A stretch of DNA of 64,000 nucleotides from Nocardioides sp. (GTDB lineage: Bacteria; Actinomycetota; Actinomycetes; Propionibacteriales; Nocardioidaceae), in NCBI RefSeq assembly GCF_964228225.1, contig NZ_CAXQZB010000043.1, positions 11,610-75,609 on the forward strand, read 5' to 3'. Below are positions 9,039 through 19,631 of the stretch, in pieces. Both the position numbers and the translations under genes were made by a program. The notes beneath the pieces are model-generated. The model worked only from the letters and a program-made list of their open reading frames with translations, was not told the origin of the DNA and did not search any database. The stretch's first letter is position 1. The number at the start of each line of letters is the position of its first letter.

Positions 9039-9728
9039 GTGGCCCGCGCCGACCTTGACAAGCAGCCCGCCGACGTCCAGGCGATGTTCGACACCGTCGC
9101 CCGCCGGTACGACCTCACCAACGACGTCCTGTCCCTGGGGCAGGACCGCCGCTGGCGCGGGGCCGTCCTGCGGGCCGTCGCGCCGCGGGCGGGCGAGCGG
9201 GTGCTCGACCTCGCGGCCGGCACCGGCACCTCCAGCGTGCCGTTCCGGCAGCAAGGTGCGGTCGTCGTGCCCTGCGACTTCTCCCTCGGCATGCTCCGGG
9301 TCGGCAAGAAGGCCCGGCCCCAGCTGCCCTTCGTGGCCGGCGACGGCACCCGGCTGCCCTTCGCCGACGGCTCCTTCGACGCCGTCACGATCTCCTTCGG
9401 GCTGCGCAACATCGTCGACCCCCTCGCGGGCCTGCGCGAGCTGCGGCGGGTCACCCGCCCCGGCGGCCGGCTCGTGGTCTGCGAGTTCAGCCACCCCACC
9501 TGGGCGCCGTTCCGCACGCTCTACGTCGAGTACCTGATGAAGGCCCTGCCCGCAGTGGCCACGGCGGTGTCGAGCTCGCCCGACGCCTACGTCTACCTCG
9601 CGGAGTCGATCCGCGCCTGGCCCGACCAGCCCAAGCTGGCCGGCATGATCGCCGAGGCCGGCTGGCACGCCCCGGAGTGGCGCAACCTCTCCGGCGGCAT
9701 CGTGGCGCTGCACCGCGCCACCGCCTGA
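9039..9728 (+). CDS. menG: Demethylmenaquinone methyltransferase (MenG/UbiE family)
   Basis: [37 protein letters not shown] and [12 protein letters not shown] are the classic UbiE/MenG signature. GTG start at 9039. Confidence 0.9.
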   Translation: MARADLDKQPADVQAMFDTVARRYDLTNDVLSLGQDRRWRGAVLRAVAPRAGERVLDLAAGTGTSSVPFRQQGAVVVPCDFSLGMLRVGKKARPQLPFVAGDGTRLPFADGSFDAVTISFGLRNIVDPLAGLRELRRVTRPGGRLVVCEFSHPTWAPFRTLYVEYLMKALPAVATAVSSSPDAYVYLAESIRAWPDQPKLAGMIAEAGWHAPEWRNLSGGIVALHRATA

Positions 9729-9782
9729 GGCTTCCCGGCTCCCCGCGCCCGCGGGACCCCGACGCCGCCCCCATCACGCACC

Positions 9783-9816
9783 GAGGCCCGCCCCACCGGC
9801 AGGTGGGACGGGCCTC
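9783..9816. terminator. Hairpin between convergent menG and AIM24 genes
   Basis: GAGGCCCGCCCCACC-GGCA-GGTGGGACGGGCCTC. 15-bp stem with one mismatch, no T-tract. Confidence 0.4.
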
Positions 9817-9850
9817 GCGGCACGCCGGCGGGGGCGGGAGGGATCGGGGC

Positions 9851-10612
9851 TCAGTACTGCGCCTGCTGGGCCCGCGCCATCAGTCGCTGGCCCAGGGCCC
9901 CGGCCGACTGGGCGTCGAGCAGGTGGGTCTGGGACTCCACCAGCCGCATCAGCGAGCCGTCGGCGCGCATCTGCTCCGAGGACTGCATCAGGATCGTGCC
10001 GGAGCCGGTGAAGTCGTACTGGCGCTCCTCGCCCGACTCCCGCCCGAACATCGCGCCCATGCCGGCCATGAACGACTGGGTCATCCAGTTGTAGTCGTAG
10101 TGCTGGCACGGCGAGGGGCAGTCGGCCCAGCCGAGCAGCGCGTCGGGGTCGGCGCGGAACGGCGGCTCCACGAAGATCACCGGGCCGTTGGAGGAGGCCA
10201 GGAACTTCCCGGTGCCGATCAGGGTGAGGTAGCCGGGGATGATCGACTGCTTGAGCTCCAGGCCTGTCTGGAAGGCCAGCAGGTTGGCGGCCTTGATCGT
10301 GAGGTTGCCGCCGTCGAGGTCGAAGGAGTTGATGTCGTTGCCGCGGTCGCCGATCACGAGCTTGCCGTGACCCGAGGCCACCACCCAGTCCTGGGAGTAG
10401 ATCGGGCTGGAGAAGCGGGCCGCCACCCAGGCGGCGCGGGAGGCGTACTGCGAGACCGCGGCGAACTCGATCTGGCCGTAGTAGGCGATCATCGCGCCCT
10501 TGGAGGTGAACCACTCACCGGCCAGGTTGATCGAGAAGGCGTAGGGGTTGATGTTGTCGTCGACCGGCAGGGTGTTCGGGTCGTAGACGGTGGAGCCGGA
10601 CATCTCGATCAT
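9851..10612 (-). CDS. AIM24/DUF124 family protein, paralogue 3 (253 aa)
   Basis: Family-like blocks: SKGAMIAYYGQIEF, GHGKLVIGDRG, LTIKAANLLAF, GSGTILMQS. The ATG overlaps the upstream stop (TGATG at 10610-10614). Confidence 0.75.
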   Translation of the reverse strand: MIEMSGSTVYDPNTLPVDDNINPYAFSINLAGEWFTSKGAMIAYYGQIEFAAVSQYASRAAWVAARFSSPIYSQDWVVASGHGKLVIGDRGNDINSFDLDGGNLTIKAANLLAFQTGLELKQSIIPGYLTLIGTGKFLASSNGPVIFVEPPFRADPDALLGWADCPSPCQHYDYNWMTQSFMAGMGAMFGRESGEERQYDFTGSGTILMQSSEQMRADGSLMRLVESQTHLLDAQSAGALGQRLMARAQQAQY

Positions 10613-11262
10613 CAGAACTTCTCCTCCGAGGCCTGGACGTAGACCCGGCCGTGGCCGGACAACTGGAGCTGGAAGGCCTCGCCGGAGCCGCGCCCGACGA
10701 GGTCGCGGAACCCGACGGCGGCCTTGAGGTCGACGTTGAGGGCCCCGGTGTGGCCGACGTAGGCCTGGGGGTCGACGCCGATCTGCTCGCCGTTGAGCGG
10801 CAGCTCGACGGTGCCGCCGTGCGAGAGCAGCGCGACGGTGCCCACACCGCTGATCTTGGAGGTGAACAGCCCCTGGCCGGTCATGGCGCCGGCCACGGCC
10901 TGGCGGATGCCGCCTTGGGCGATCATCTCGACCCCGACCGAGAGGTGGGCGTGGTAGGCGAGCAGCCGGCTCGCCTCGACGGTGAGGGTCTCGTTGCCGA
11001 GCTCGACGACGGTGACGTGCAGGCCGCGGAAGCCGTAGATGACCTTGCCCTGGCCCTCGGCGACCATGTTCGAGGTGCTCTCGCCGGCGAGGGCGGAGCC
11101 GATCATCCCGCCGATGCCCTGGCCCTGACCGGAGATCGGGCGGAAGGTCACCTGGCCCTCGTAGCCGAGCATCGAGCCGCGGCGGGCGATGACCTCGCGG
11201 CCCGGGGCGACCTCGGTGCGCACGACCTTGCTGTTGATCTGTTCGAACGACACGCCGCTCAC
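10612..11262 (-). CDS. AIM24/DUF124 family protein, paralogue 2 (about 216 aa)
   Basis: ARRGSMLGYEGQVTF, EGQGKVIYG, LTVEASRLLAY, VDPQAYVGHTG, GEAFQLQLSGHGRVYVQ. A GTG at 11260-11262 overlaps the upstream stop (GTGA). An alternative GTG lies at 11253. Confidence 0.8.
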   Translation of the reverse strand: MSGVSFEQINSKVVRTEVAPGREVIARRGSMLGYEGQVTFRPISGQGQGIGGMIGSALAGESTSNMVAEGQGKVIYGFRGLHVTVVELGNETLTVEASRLLAYHAHLSVGVEMIAQGGIRQAVAGAMTGQGLFTSKISGVGTVALLSHGGTVELPLNGEQIGVDPQAYVGHTGALNVDLKAAVGFRDLVGRGSGEAFQLQLSGHGRVYVQASEEKF

Positions 11263-11876
11263 CTCTCCGCCGGCTGGATGTACACGGTGCCCTGGCCCTC
11301 GAAGCGCAGGCTGAACGGCTCGCCGCCGCTCTCGCCCATCACGCTGCGCCAGGTGACGCCGGAGACCAGGTTCATCTGCAGGTTGCCGGTGCCGGCGACG
11401 TAGGCGTCGGGGTCGACCACCAGCGGCTGGCCCGGCACGACCGCGAGGCCGATCAGCGGCCCGTCGGAGGTGATCGCGCACTGGCCGGTGCCGCTCACGC
11501 TCGTGGTGGCCAGGCCCTGGCCGCTGGTCATGCCGCGCAGGCCGGAGAACTGCACGTCGAGCTTGAGGCCGTCGGTGACGGCCAGGATGTGCTCGGACTC
11601 GACGGTGAGCTTGTCGTTGGACAGGCCGACGACGGTGACGTCGAGCGCGGACTGGGCGATGTAGACCCGGCCCTGGCCCTGGCACTCCATGAGGTTGATC
11701 GACTCACCGGCGACGCGCTGGCGCAGCGCGGCCCGCAGGCCGCCGCCCCCGCCCATGCCGGCGTTCTTGAACGTGACCTGACCGGTGTAGGCGACCATCG
11801 AGCCCTGGGCGGCGCGGATGGTGTCTCCGGTCAGATCGGCGTGCAGCATCTTCTTGTGGGCGGACAGACTCGCCAT
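11259..11876 (-). CDS. AIM24/DUF124 family protein, paralogue 1 (205 aa)
   Basis: AAQGSMVAYTGQVTF, CQGQGRVYI, LTVESEHILAV, VDPDAYVAGTG, GEPFSLRFEGQGTVYIQ. AGGAG lies 6 nt upstream of the ATG at 11874-11876. Confidence 0.8.
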   Translation of the reverse strand: MASLSAHKKMLHADLTGDTIRAAQGSMVAYTGQVTFKNAGMGGGGGLRAALRQRVAGESINLMECQGQGRVYIAQSALDVTVVGLSNDKLTVESEHILAVTDGLKLDVQFSGLRGMTSGQGLATTSVSGTGQCAITSDGPLIGLAVVPGQPLVVDPDAYVAGTGNLQMNLVSGVTWRSVMGESGGEPFSLRFEGQGTVYIQPAER

Positions 11877-12189
11877 GCGTGCTCCTGATCGTTCCTGATC
11901 GGACGGGGTGGGTCCCCGCAGGCTCCCGACGACGGACACTAGCCGCCCTCGGCTGGCTGCTGCATCCCCTGCGCGCACGGCCGGGAAACCCGGGGTGGAC
12001 GGCGGCCTCCCGGCGCGGGTCACCGGGAGGGGTGGGCCGTCCCACCGGTGCGCGTGCGATCTTGCCCACACCCCCGTGTGACGTTGCCGACGTGGGGTGG
12101 CAGGATGAGGCGTCGACACCTCGTGATCTGGTTCACAAGCCGTGGGGCCGGGTCGCGCCGGAGGCGTCGCCGATGTGGAAGGAGCCCCG

Positions 12190-12549
12190 ATGGAGCTGTA
12201 CACCCCCGTCCTCGCGCTCGCCGCGCTCGCGGCCCTGTTCGCGGTCGGCTCGATCGTGACCAGCGCACTCGTCGGGCCCTCGCGGTACAACCGGGCCAAG
12301 CTCGACTCCTACGAGTGCGGCATCGAGCCGACGCCGCAGCCCGTCGGTGGCGGCCGGTTCCCGGTGAAGTACTACATCACCGCGATGCTCTTCATCGTCT
12401 TCGACATCGAGATCATCTTCCTCTACCCCTGGGCCGTGCACTTCGACGCGATGAAGCTGTTCGGCCTGGTCGAGATGGTCATCTTCATCGCCACCGTGTT
12501 CGTCGCCTACGCCTACGTCTGGCGTCGCGGCGGCCTGGACTGGGACTGA
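12190..12549 (+). CDS. nuoA: NADH-quinone oxidoreductase subunit A
   Basis: 119 aa, three TM segments, YECGIEP motif, first gene of the nuo operon. Confidence 0.9.
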   Translation: MELYTPVLALAALAALFAVGSIVTSALVGPSRYNRAKLDSYECGIEPTPQPVGGGRFPVKYYITAMLFIVFDIEIIFLYPWAVHFDAMKLFGLVEMVIFIATVFVAYAYVWRRGGLDWD

Positions 12550-12599
12550 TCCCGGGGCACCCCGGCGGACCGCAACCGGATCGAGAGAGGACCACTGGA

Positions 12600-13154
12600 A
12601 TGGGTATCGAGGAGAAGCTCCCCAGCGGCGTGCTGCTCAGCACGGTCGAGGGACTCAGCGGCTACATGCGCAAGGCCAGCTTCTGGCCCGCGACCTTCGG
12701 CCTGGCCTGCTGCGCCATCGAGATGATGACCACGGGCGGCCCGAAGTACGACCTCGCCCGGTTCGGCATGGAGGTCTTCCGCGCCAGTCCGCGCCAGGCC
12801 GACCTGATGATCGTGGCCGGCCGGGTGAGCCAGAAGATGGCCCCGGTGCTGCGCCAGATCTACGACCAGATGCCGAACCCGAAGTGGGTGCTGGCCATGG
12901 GCGTGTGCGCCTCCAGCGGCGGCATGTTCAACAACTACGCGATCGTGCAGGGCGTCGACCACGTCGTCCCGGTGGACATGTACCTGCCGGGCTGCCCGCC
13001 GCGCCCGGAGATGCTGATCGACGCGATCCTCAAGCTCCACGACCAGGTGCAGAGCACCAAGCTCGGCGCGAACCGGATCGCGGAGATCCAGGCGAACGAG
13101 ACCGCCGCGCTGCGGGCGCTCCCGACCTCGGACATGAAGGGGCTGCTGCGATGA
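12600..13154 (+). CDS. nuoB: NADH-quinone oxidoreductase subunit B
   Basis: [19 protein letters not shown] and LPGCPPRPE (N2 cluster ligands). Confidence 0.95.
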   Translation: MGIEEKLPSGVLLSTVEGLSGYMRKASFWPATFGLACCAIEMMTTGGPKYDLARFGMEVFRASPRQADLMIVAGRVSQKMAPVLRQIYDQMPNPKWVLAMGVCASSGGMFNNYAIVQGVDHVVPVDMYLPGCPPRPEMLIDAILKLHDQVQSTKLGANRIAEIQANETAALRALPTSDMKGLLR

Positions 13155-13855
13155 GCGATCCCACCTCCACCCCCGGCGCCACGCCCGGCGGCGACGCCGT
13201 CCCGGTCGCCCCGGGCACCGAGGTCCCCGTCGTCGGGGTGCGCACCGGCATGTTCGGCGTCTCCGGCACCGGCGACACCAGCGGCTTCGGCGGCCTCGTC
13301 AGCCCGGTCGTGCTGCCGGGCGCCGCCCCGCGGCCCTACGGCGGCTGGTTCGACGACGTCGCCGACGCCCTCGAGGCCGTCGGCGGCCCGATCGGCGCGG
13401 TCGTGCACCGCGGCGAGATCACCTTCCACGTGCGCCGCGAGGACCTGCCCGCCGTGGGCCGCGCCCTGCGCGACGACCCCGCCCTGCGCTTCGAGTTCTG
13501 CGCCGGCGTCAACGGCGTGCACTACCCGGGCGACACCGGCGCCGAGCTGCACGCGGTCTACCACTTCACCTCGATGACCTACAACCGCCGGATCCGGGTC
13601 GAGGTCACCGCCCCCGACGCCGACCCGCGCATCCCCTCCCTCGCCTCGGTCTACCCGACCCTGGACTGGCACGAGCGCGAGACCTGGGACATGTTCGGGA
13701 TCGTCTTCGAGGGCCACGCCGCGCTCACCCGGATCCTCATGCCCGACGACTGGCCGGGCCACCCCCAGCGCAAGGACTACCCGCTCGGCGGCATCCCCGT
13801 CGAGTACAAGGGCGGCACCATCGCGCCGCCGGACCAGCGGAGGAGCTACCACTGA
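13151..13855 (+). CDS. nuoC: NADH-quinone oxidoreductase subunit C
   Basis: 30-kDa subunit block [21 protein letters not shown] overlap with nuoB. Confidence 0.9.
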   Translation: MSDPTSTPGATPGGDAVPVAPGTEVPVVGVRTGMFGVSGTGDTSGFGGLVSPVVLPGAAPRPYGGWFDDVADALEAVGGPIGAVVHRGEITFHVRREDLPAVGRALRDDPALRFEFCAGVNGVHYPGDTGAELHAVYHFTSMTYNRRIRVEVTAPDADPRIPSLASVYPTLDWHERETWDMFGIVFEGHAALTRILMPDDWPGHPQRKDYPLGGIPVEYKGGTIAPPDQRRSYH

Positions 13856-15201
13856 TGAGCACCACCGAGGACCTCTACGCCGGTGCCAACGACACCACCG
13901 ACGGCAAGGTGTTCACCGTCACCGGGCGTGACTGGGACGAGATCGTGGACGGCCTGGCCGGCGCCGAGGGCGTCGAGGAGCGGGTCGTGGTCAACATGGG
14001 CCCGCAGCACCCCTCCACCCACGGCGTGCTGCGCCTGATCCTGGAGATCGAGGGCGAGACGGTGACCGAGGCCCGCTGCGGCATCGGCTACCTCCACACC
14101 GGCATCGAGAAGAACATGGAGTTCCGCTCCTGGACGCAGGGCACCACGTTCTGCACCCGGATGGACTACCTCTCGCCCTTCTTCAACGAGGCCACCTACT
14201 GCCTGGGCGTCGAGCGGCTGCTCGACATCGAGGACGACGTGCCCGAGAAGGCGCAGGTCATGCGGGTGCTGCTCATGGAGCTCAACCGCATCTCCTCCCA
14301 CCTGGTGTGCATCGCCACCGGCGGCATGGAGATCGGCGCCCTGACGGTGATGACGATCGGCTTCCGCGAGCGCGAGCTGGTGCTCGACCTGTTCGAGCTC
14401 ATCACCGGCCTGCGCATGAACCACGCCTTCATCCGCCCCGGCGGCGTGGCCCAGGACCTGCCGCCCGGCGCCCTGGAGGAGATCCGGTCGTTCGTGGCGC
14501 TCATGCGCAAGCGACTGCCCGAGTACGCCGCGCTGTGCAACGCCAACCCGATCTTCAAGGCGCGGCTGGAGGGCGTGGGCCACCTCGACCTCGAGGGCTG
14601 CCTGGCCCTGGGCCTGTCCGGCCCGGTGCTGCGCAGCACCGGCTACGCCGGGGACCTGCGCAAGACCCAGCCGGACTGCGGCTACGAGGACTACGACTTC
14701 GACGTCCAGACCTGGGACACCGCCGACGCCTACGGCCGCTTCCGCATCCGGCTCGCCGAGATGTGGGAGTCGCTCAAGATCGTCGAGCAGGCCGCCGACC
14801 GCCTCGCCGGTCTCGACGGCGCGCCGGTCATGGTCGCGGACAAGAAGATCGGCTGGCCCAGCCAGCTGGCGGTCGGCAGCGACGGCATGGGCAACTCCCT
14901 CGACCACATCCGCCACATCATGGGCGAGTCGATGGAGGCGCTGATCCACCACTTCAAGCTCGTCACCGAGGGCTTCCGGGTGCCGGCCGGCCAGGCCTAC
15001 GTCCCGATCGAGAGCCCCCGCGGCGAGCTCGGCGCGCACGTCGTCTCCGACGGCGGCACCCGGCCGTTCCGGGTGCACTTCCGCGACCCCAGCTTCACCA
15101 ACCTGCAGGCGACCAGCGTGATGAGCGAGGGCGGCCAGGTGGCCGACGTCATCGTCGCGATCGCCTCGATCGACCCCGTGATGGGAGGCGTCGACCGATG
15201 A
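13855..15201 (+). CDS. nuoD: NADH-quinone oxidoreductase subunit D
   Basis: [15 protein letters not shown], and SPRGELG near the C-terminus. 448 aa. Confidence 0.95.
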   Translation: MSTTEDLYAGANDTTDGKVFTVTGRDWDEIVDGLAGAEGVEERVVVNMGPQHPSTHGVLRLILEIEGETVTEARCGIGYLHTGIEKNMEFRSWTQGTTFCTRMDYLSPFFNEATYCLGVERLLDIEDDVPEKAQVMRVLLMELNRISSHLVCIATGGMEIGALTVMTIGFRERELVLDLFELITGLRMNHAFIRPGGVAQDLPPGALEEIRSFVALMRKRLPEYAALCNANPIFKARLEGVGHLDLEGCLALGLSGPVLRSTGYAGDLRKTQPDCGYEDYDFDVQTWDTADAYGRFRIRLAEMWESLKIVEQAADRLAGLDGAPVMVADKKIGWPSQLAVGSDGMGNSLDHIRHIMGESMEALIHHFKLVTEGFRVPAGQAYVPIESPRGELGAHVVSDGGTRPFRVHFRDPSFTNLQATSVMSEGGQVADVIVAIASIDPVMGGVDR

Positions 15202-15917
15202 CGGCCACGAACCCGCCCGAGGCGGTGGAGACCACGCTCTCGGAGACCACGTGGAGCGAGCTGCGCGAGATCGCCGCCCGTTACCCCGAGGCCCGCTCGG
15301 GCCTGCTGCCGATGCTGCACCTGGTGCAGTCCGCGCAGGGCCGGGTGACGCCCGAGGGCATCGAGGCGTGCGCCGAGATCCTGGGCATCACCCCGGCCGA
15401 GGTCAACGGCGTGGCGACCTTCTACACGATGTACAAGCGCAAGCCGGTGGGGGAGTACCACGTCGGCGTCTGCACCACCGCGCTGTGCGCCGTCATGGGG
15501 GGCGACGAGATCCTCGCCCGCCTCCAGGACCACCTCGGCGTCGGCAACGACGAGACCACCGCCGACGGCAAGGTGACCCTCGAGCACATCGAGTGCAACG
15601 CCGCGTGCGACTACGCGCCGGTGATGATGGTCAACTGGGAGTTCCTGGACAACCAGACGCCGGACTCCGCCGTGCAGGTCGTCGACGACCTGCGCGCCGG
15701 CCGCCCGGTCACCTCCACCCGCGGTCCGCGGGTGTGCACCTGGCGGGAGGCCGAGCGCGTGCTCGCCGGCTTCCCCGACGGACGGGCCGACGAGGGCCCG
15801 TCGGGCGGACCGGCCACCCTGGCCGGGCTCGCCATCGCGCGCGAGCGTGGCTGGACCGCGCCGACCGCGCCCGAACTCACCGCCCCTGAGTCGGCACAGG
15901 AGGCCACCGATGCCTGA
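15198..15917 (+). CDS. nuoE: NADH-quinone oxidoreductase subunit E
   Basis: 24-kDa subunit with 2Fe-2S cysteines ([12 protein letters not shown] ... [10 protein letters not shown]). ATGA overlap with nuoD. Confidence 0.9.
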   Translation: MTATNPPEAVETTLSETTWSELREIAARYPEARSGLLPMLHLVQSAQGRVTPEGIEACAEILGITPAEVNGVATFYTMYKRKPVGEYHVGVCTTALCAVMGGDEILARLQDHLGVGNDETTADGKVTLEHIECNAACDYAPVMMVNWEFLDNQTPDSAVQVVDDLRAGRPVTSTRGPRVCTWREAERVLAGFPDGRADEGPSGGPATLAGLAIARERGWTAPTAPELTAPESAQEATDA

Positions 15918-17220
15918 CACCCTGACCCCGGTCCTCTCCAACACCTGGGACGCCCCGCAGTCCTGGAAGCTCGCCACCTACGAGGCGCAGGGCGGCTACG
16001 CCGCGCTGCGCACCGCCCTGGGCATGGCCCCCGACGACCTCATCACGATGGTCAAGGAGTCGGGTCTGCGCGGCCGCGGGGGCGCGGGCTTCCCCACCGG
16101 GATGAAGTGGTCCTTCATCCCGCAGGACAACCCCAAGCCCAAGTACCTCGTCGTCAACGCCGACGAGTCCGAGCCGGGCACCTGCAAGGACATCCCGCTG
16201 ATGATGGCCAGCCCCCACACGCTGGTCGAGGGCGTCATCATCAGCTCCTACGCCATCCGTGCGAACCACGCCTTCATCTACATCCGCGGCGAGGTGCTCC
16301 ACGTCGTGCGGCGGGTGCAGGCCGCGGTCGCGGAGGCCTACGCCGCCGGTCACCTCGGCAAGAACATCCACGGCTCGGGCTACGACCTCGACGTCGTCGT
16401 GCACACCGGCGCCGGCGCCTACATCTGCGGCGAGGAGACCGCCCTGCTGGAGGGCCTGGAGGGCCGTCGCGGCCAGCCCCGGCTGCGCCCGCCGTTCCCG
16501 GCGGTGGCCGGGCTCTACGCCAGCCCGACGGTGATCAACAACGTCGAGTCGATCGCCTCGGTGCCGTGCATCGTGAGCAACGGCGCCTCGTGGTTCTCCT
16601 CCATGGGCACCGAGAAGTCGGCCGGCATGACGCTCTACTCGCTCTCGGGCCACGTCAAGCGCCCCGGTCAGTACGAGGCGCCGCTCGGCATCACGCTGCG
16701 CGAGCTGCTCGATGTCGCCGGCGGCCTGCGCGAGGGCTCGGAGCTGAAGTTCTGGACCCCCGGCGGGTCCTCCACCCCGATCCTCACCGCCGAGCACCTC
16801 GACGTCCCGCTGGACTACGAGGGCGTCGGCGCGGCCGGCTCGATGCTCGGCACCAAGGCGCTGCAGATCTTCGACCAGACCACCTCGGTGGTGCGCGTCG
16901 TGCTGCGCTGGACCGAGTTCTACAAGCACGAGTCCTGCGGCAAGTGCACCCCGTGCCGCGAGGGCACCTGGTGGCTGGTGCAGACCCTCAAGCGCCTCGA
17001 GCGCGGCGAGGGCCAGCCTGGCGACATCGAGACCCTGCTCGACCTGTGCGACAACATCCTCGGGCGCTCCTTCTGCGCCCTCGGCGACGGCGCCACCAGC
17101 CCGATCGCCTCCGCGATCAAGTACTTCCGTGAGGAGTTCGAGGCCGGGATGCACACCCCTGCTGCGGAGCTGTTCCCCTACCGCGCCTCCACCGCCTACG
17201 CCGCGACGGTGAGCGCATGA
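15910..17220 (+). CDS. nuoF: NADH-quinone oxidoreductase subunit F
   Basis: [16 protein letters not shown] (FMN/NADH site) and [12 protein letters not shown] (N3 cluster). Confidence 0.95.
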   Translation: MPDTLTPVLSNTWDAPQSWKLATYEAQGGYAALRTALGMAPDDLITMVKESGLRGRGGAGFPTGMKWSFIPQDNPKPKYLVVNADESEPGTCKDIPLMMASPHTLVEGVIISSYAIRANHAFIYIRGEVLHVVRRVQAAVAEAYAAGHLGKNIHGSGYDLDVVVHTGAGAYICGEETALLEGLEGRRGQPRLRPPFPAVAGLYASPTVINNVESIASVPCIVSNGASWFSSMGTEKSAGMTLYSLSGHVKRPGQYEAPLGITLRELLDVAGGLREGSELKFWTPGGSSTPILTAEHLDVPLDYEGVGAAGSMLGTKALQIFDQTTSVVRVVLRWTEFYKHESCGKCTPCREGTWWLVQTLKRLERGEGQPGDIETLLDLCDNILGRSFCALGDGATSPIASAIKYFREEFEAGMHTPAAELFPYRASTAYAATVSA

Positions 17221-19631
17221 CCACCCCCGCCGAGACCGGGGTCGACCTGGTCAGCGTCACCATCGACGGCATCGCCGTGCAGGTGCCCAAGGACACCCTG
17301 GTGATCCGGGCCGCCGAGCAGGTCGGGGTCGCGATCCCGCGCTTCTGCGACCACCCGCTGCTGGCCCCGGTCGGCGCGTGCCGGCAGTGCCTGGTCGACG
17401 TCCCCGACGCCGGCAACGGGCGCGGCTTCCCCAAGCCGCAGGCCTCGTGCACCCTCCCGGTCGCCGACGGCATGGTGGTCAACACCCAGCTCACCAGCCC
17501 GGTGGCGGAGAAGGCCCAGCACGGGGTGATGGAGTTCCTGCTCATCAACCACCCGCTGGACTGCCCCGTCTGCGACAAGGGCGGCGAGTGCCCGCTGCAG
17601 AACCAGGCGATGAGCAACGGCCAGGGCGAGTCCCGCTTCTCCAGCGGCCAGGCCGGGGTCAAGCGCACCTTCCCCAAGCCGATCAACCTCAGCCCCCAGG
17701 TGCTGCTCGACCGCGAGCGCTGCATCGTGTGCCAGCGCTGCACCCGCTTCGCCGCCGAGATCCCGGGCGATCCCTTCATCGCCCTGGTCGAGCGCGGGGC
17801 GCAGCAGCAGATCGGCATCGCCGAGGACGCCCCGTTCCTGTCCTACTTCTCCGGCAACACGATCCAGATCTGCCCGGTCGGCGCGCTGACCTCGGAGTCC
17901 TACCGGTTCCGGTCCCGCCCCTTCGACCTCGTCTCCACCCCCGGCGTCGCCGAGCACGACGCCTGCGGCGCCGCGATCCGCGTGGACCACCGCCGTGGCA
18001 CGGTCATGCGGCGCCTGGCCGGCCACGACCCCGAGGTCAACGAGGAGTGGATCACCGACAAGGACCGCTTCGCCTTCACCTACGCCACCCAGGACGACCG
18101 CCTCACCTACCCCCAGGTGCGCGACGAGGACGGCGAGCTGCGGCCGGCGTCGTGGCCCGAGGCGTTCGCCGTCGCGGCGCAGGGCCTGCACGCGGCCCGG
18201 GCCGCCGGCGGCGTCGCGGTGCTCACCGGCGGTCGGCTGACGGTCGAGGACGCCTACTCCTACAGCAAGTTCGCCCGCGTCGGGCTCGGCACCAACGACA
18301 TCGACTTCCGCGCCCGGCCGCACTCGGCCGAGGAGGAGGCGTTCCTGGGCCGTCACGTCGTCGGCACCGCCCCGGCCGGGGGCGGCGTCACCTACGCCGA
18401 CCTCGAGGCCGCCGGCACCGTCGTGCTCGTGGGCCTGGAGCCCGAGGACGAGGCCGGCACCCTGTTCCTGCGGCTGCGCAAGGCGGTGCTGCACCACGGC
18501 ACCTCCGTCACCGCGATCGCGCCCTTCACCACCCGCGGCCTCGGCAAGCTCCACGCCACCGTGGTGCCCACCGCGCCCGGCGCGGAGCCGGCCGCCCTGG
18601 CCGACCTCACCGGCCTCGGCGCCGGCGACGTCGTGCTGGTCGGGGAGCGGCTCGCGGCCGTGCCCGGCGGCCTGAGCGCCGTCGTCGCGCTCCTCGAGCG
18701 CACCGGCGCCCGCGTGGGCTGGGTGCCGCGGCGCGCGGGCGACCGTGGTGCCCTCGAGGTCGGCTGCCTGCCCTCCCTGCTGCCCGGCGGCCGCCCGGTC
18801 GCCGACGCCGCCGCCCGCGTCGACGTCGCCACCGCCTGGGGCGTCGACGGCCTGCCGGCCACCCCGGGCCGCGACGCCGAGGCCATCGTGGCCGCCCTGG
18901 CCTCGGGCGAGCTCGGCGGCCTGGTGATCGCCGGCGTCGACCCCGCCGACACCCCCGACCCCGCCGCCACCCGCGCCGCGATCGAGGCCGCCGGCTTCGT
19001 CGTGGCCCTGGAGCTGCGGGCCACCGACGTCACCCGCGCCGCCGACGTCGTGCTCCCGGTCGCCCCCGTGGTGGCCAAGGAGGGCGCGTTCGTCACCTGG
19101 GACGGCCGGGTCCGGCCCTTCGAGGCGGCCGTGCCGAGCCCGTCGGCGCTGCCCGACACCCGGGTGCTGGCCGGCATCTCCGAGGAGCTCGCGGCCCTCG
19201 GCGACGCCGCCCCGCTCGGCTTCCGCACCGTCGCCCAGGCCCGGGCCGAGATGACCGAGCTCGGCCCCTGGGACGGCGAGCGGGTGCCCTTCGTCCCCGT
19301 GCCCGCCGAGGGGCCCGGGTCCGTCGGCGACGGCCCGGTGCTCGCCAGCTGGAAGCTCATGCTCGACCTCGGGTCGATGCAGGACGGCGACAAGCACCTC
19401 GCCGCCACGGCCCGCCCGGCCACCGCGGTGGTCTCCCGCGCGGTCTTCGACGCCGTGGGCGGCGTCGTCACCCTCACCGGCGACCGCGGCTCGGTCACGC
19501 TGCCCGCCGAGGTCGCCGACGACCTCGCCGACGGCGTCGTCTGGGCCCCGGCCAACTCCACCGGTCAGGGCCTGCTCACCGACCTCGCCGGCCCGGGCTC
19601 CCGGGTCACCGTCACCGGAGGCAACCTGTGA
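17217..19631 (+). CDS. nuoG: NADH-quinone oxidoreductase subunit G
   Basis: [31 protein letters not shown] and [10 protein letters not shown], followed by a molybdopterin-like domain. 804 aa. Confidence 0.95.
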   Translation: MTTPAETGVDLVSVTIDGIAVQVPKDTLVIRAAEQVGVAIPRFCDHPLLAPVGACRQCLVDVPDAGNGRGFPKPQASCTLPVADGMVVNTQLTSPVAEKAQHGVMEFLLINHPLDCPVCDKGGECPLQNQAMSNGQGESRFSSGQAGVKRTFPKPINLSPQVLLDRERCIVCQRCTRFAAEIPGDPFIALVERGAQQQIGIAEDAPFLSYFSGNTIQICPVGALTSESYRFRSRPFDLVSTPGVAEHDACGAAIRVDHRRGTVMRRLAGHDPEVNEEWITDKDRFAFTYATQDDRLTYPQVRDEDGELRPASWPEAFAVAAQGLHAARAAGGVAVLTGGRLTVEDAYSYSKFARVGLGTNDIDFRARPHSAEEEAFLGRHVVGTAPAGGGVTYADLEAAGTVVLVGLEPEDEAGTLFLRLRKAVLHHGTSVTAIAPFTTRGLGKLHATVVPTAPGAEPAALADLTGLGAGDVVLVGERLAAVPGGLSAVVALLERTGARVGWVPRRAGDRGALEVGCLPSLLPGGRPVADAAARVDVATAWGVDGLPATPGRDAEAIVAALASGELGGLVIAGVDPADTPDPAATRAAIEAAGFVVALELRATDVTRAADVVLPVAPVVAKEGAFVTWDGRVRPFEAAVPSPSALPDTRVLAGISEELAALGDAAPLGFRTVAQARAEMTELGPWDGERVPFVPVPAEGPGSVGDGPVLASWKLMLDLGSMQDGDKHLAATARPATAVVSRAVFDAVGGVVTLTGDRGSVTLPAEVADDLADGVVWAPANSTGQGLLTDLAGPGSRVTVTGGNL

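Noticed and set aside
11877-12189. Promoter hexamers for the divergent AIM24 and nuo operons, and the duplicated TCCTGATCG (11883-11901).
   Set aside because: I could not find convincing -35/-10 pairs by eye. The duplicated 9-mer overlaps the AIM24 Shine-Dalgarno region and may simply be a duplicated RBS-like string. It is left unannotated.
12048-12190. Upstream in-frame starts (12142 track start) and the ORF 12048-13154, considered as an N-terminally extended NuoA/NuoB.
   Set aside because: The NuoA TM1 sequence begins at [14 protein letters not shown] (ATG 12190, with GGAGCC upstream). The 12048 ORF is real only from the nuoB ATG at 12600.
17196-19397. 733-aa ORF antisense to nuoG. Similar giants lie antisense to or out of frame with nuoL, nuoM and nuoN (22555-24855, 24440-26491, 26160-27785).
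   Set aside because: Translations are Gly/Asp/Arg/His-rich with no recognisable domains. The sense strand encodes unmistakable Nuo subunits. These are high-GC antisense open frames.
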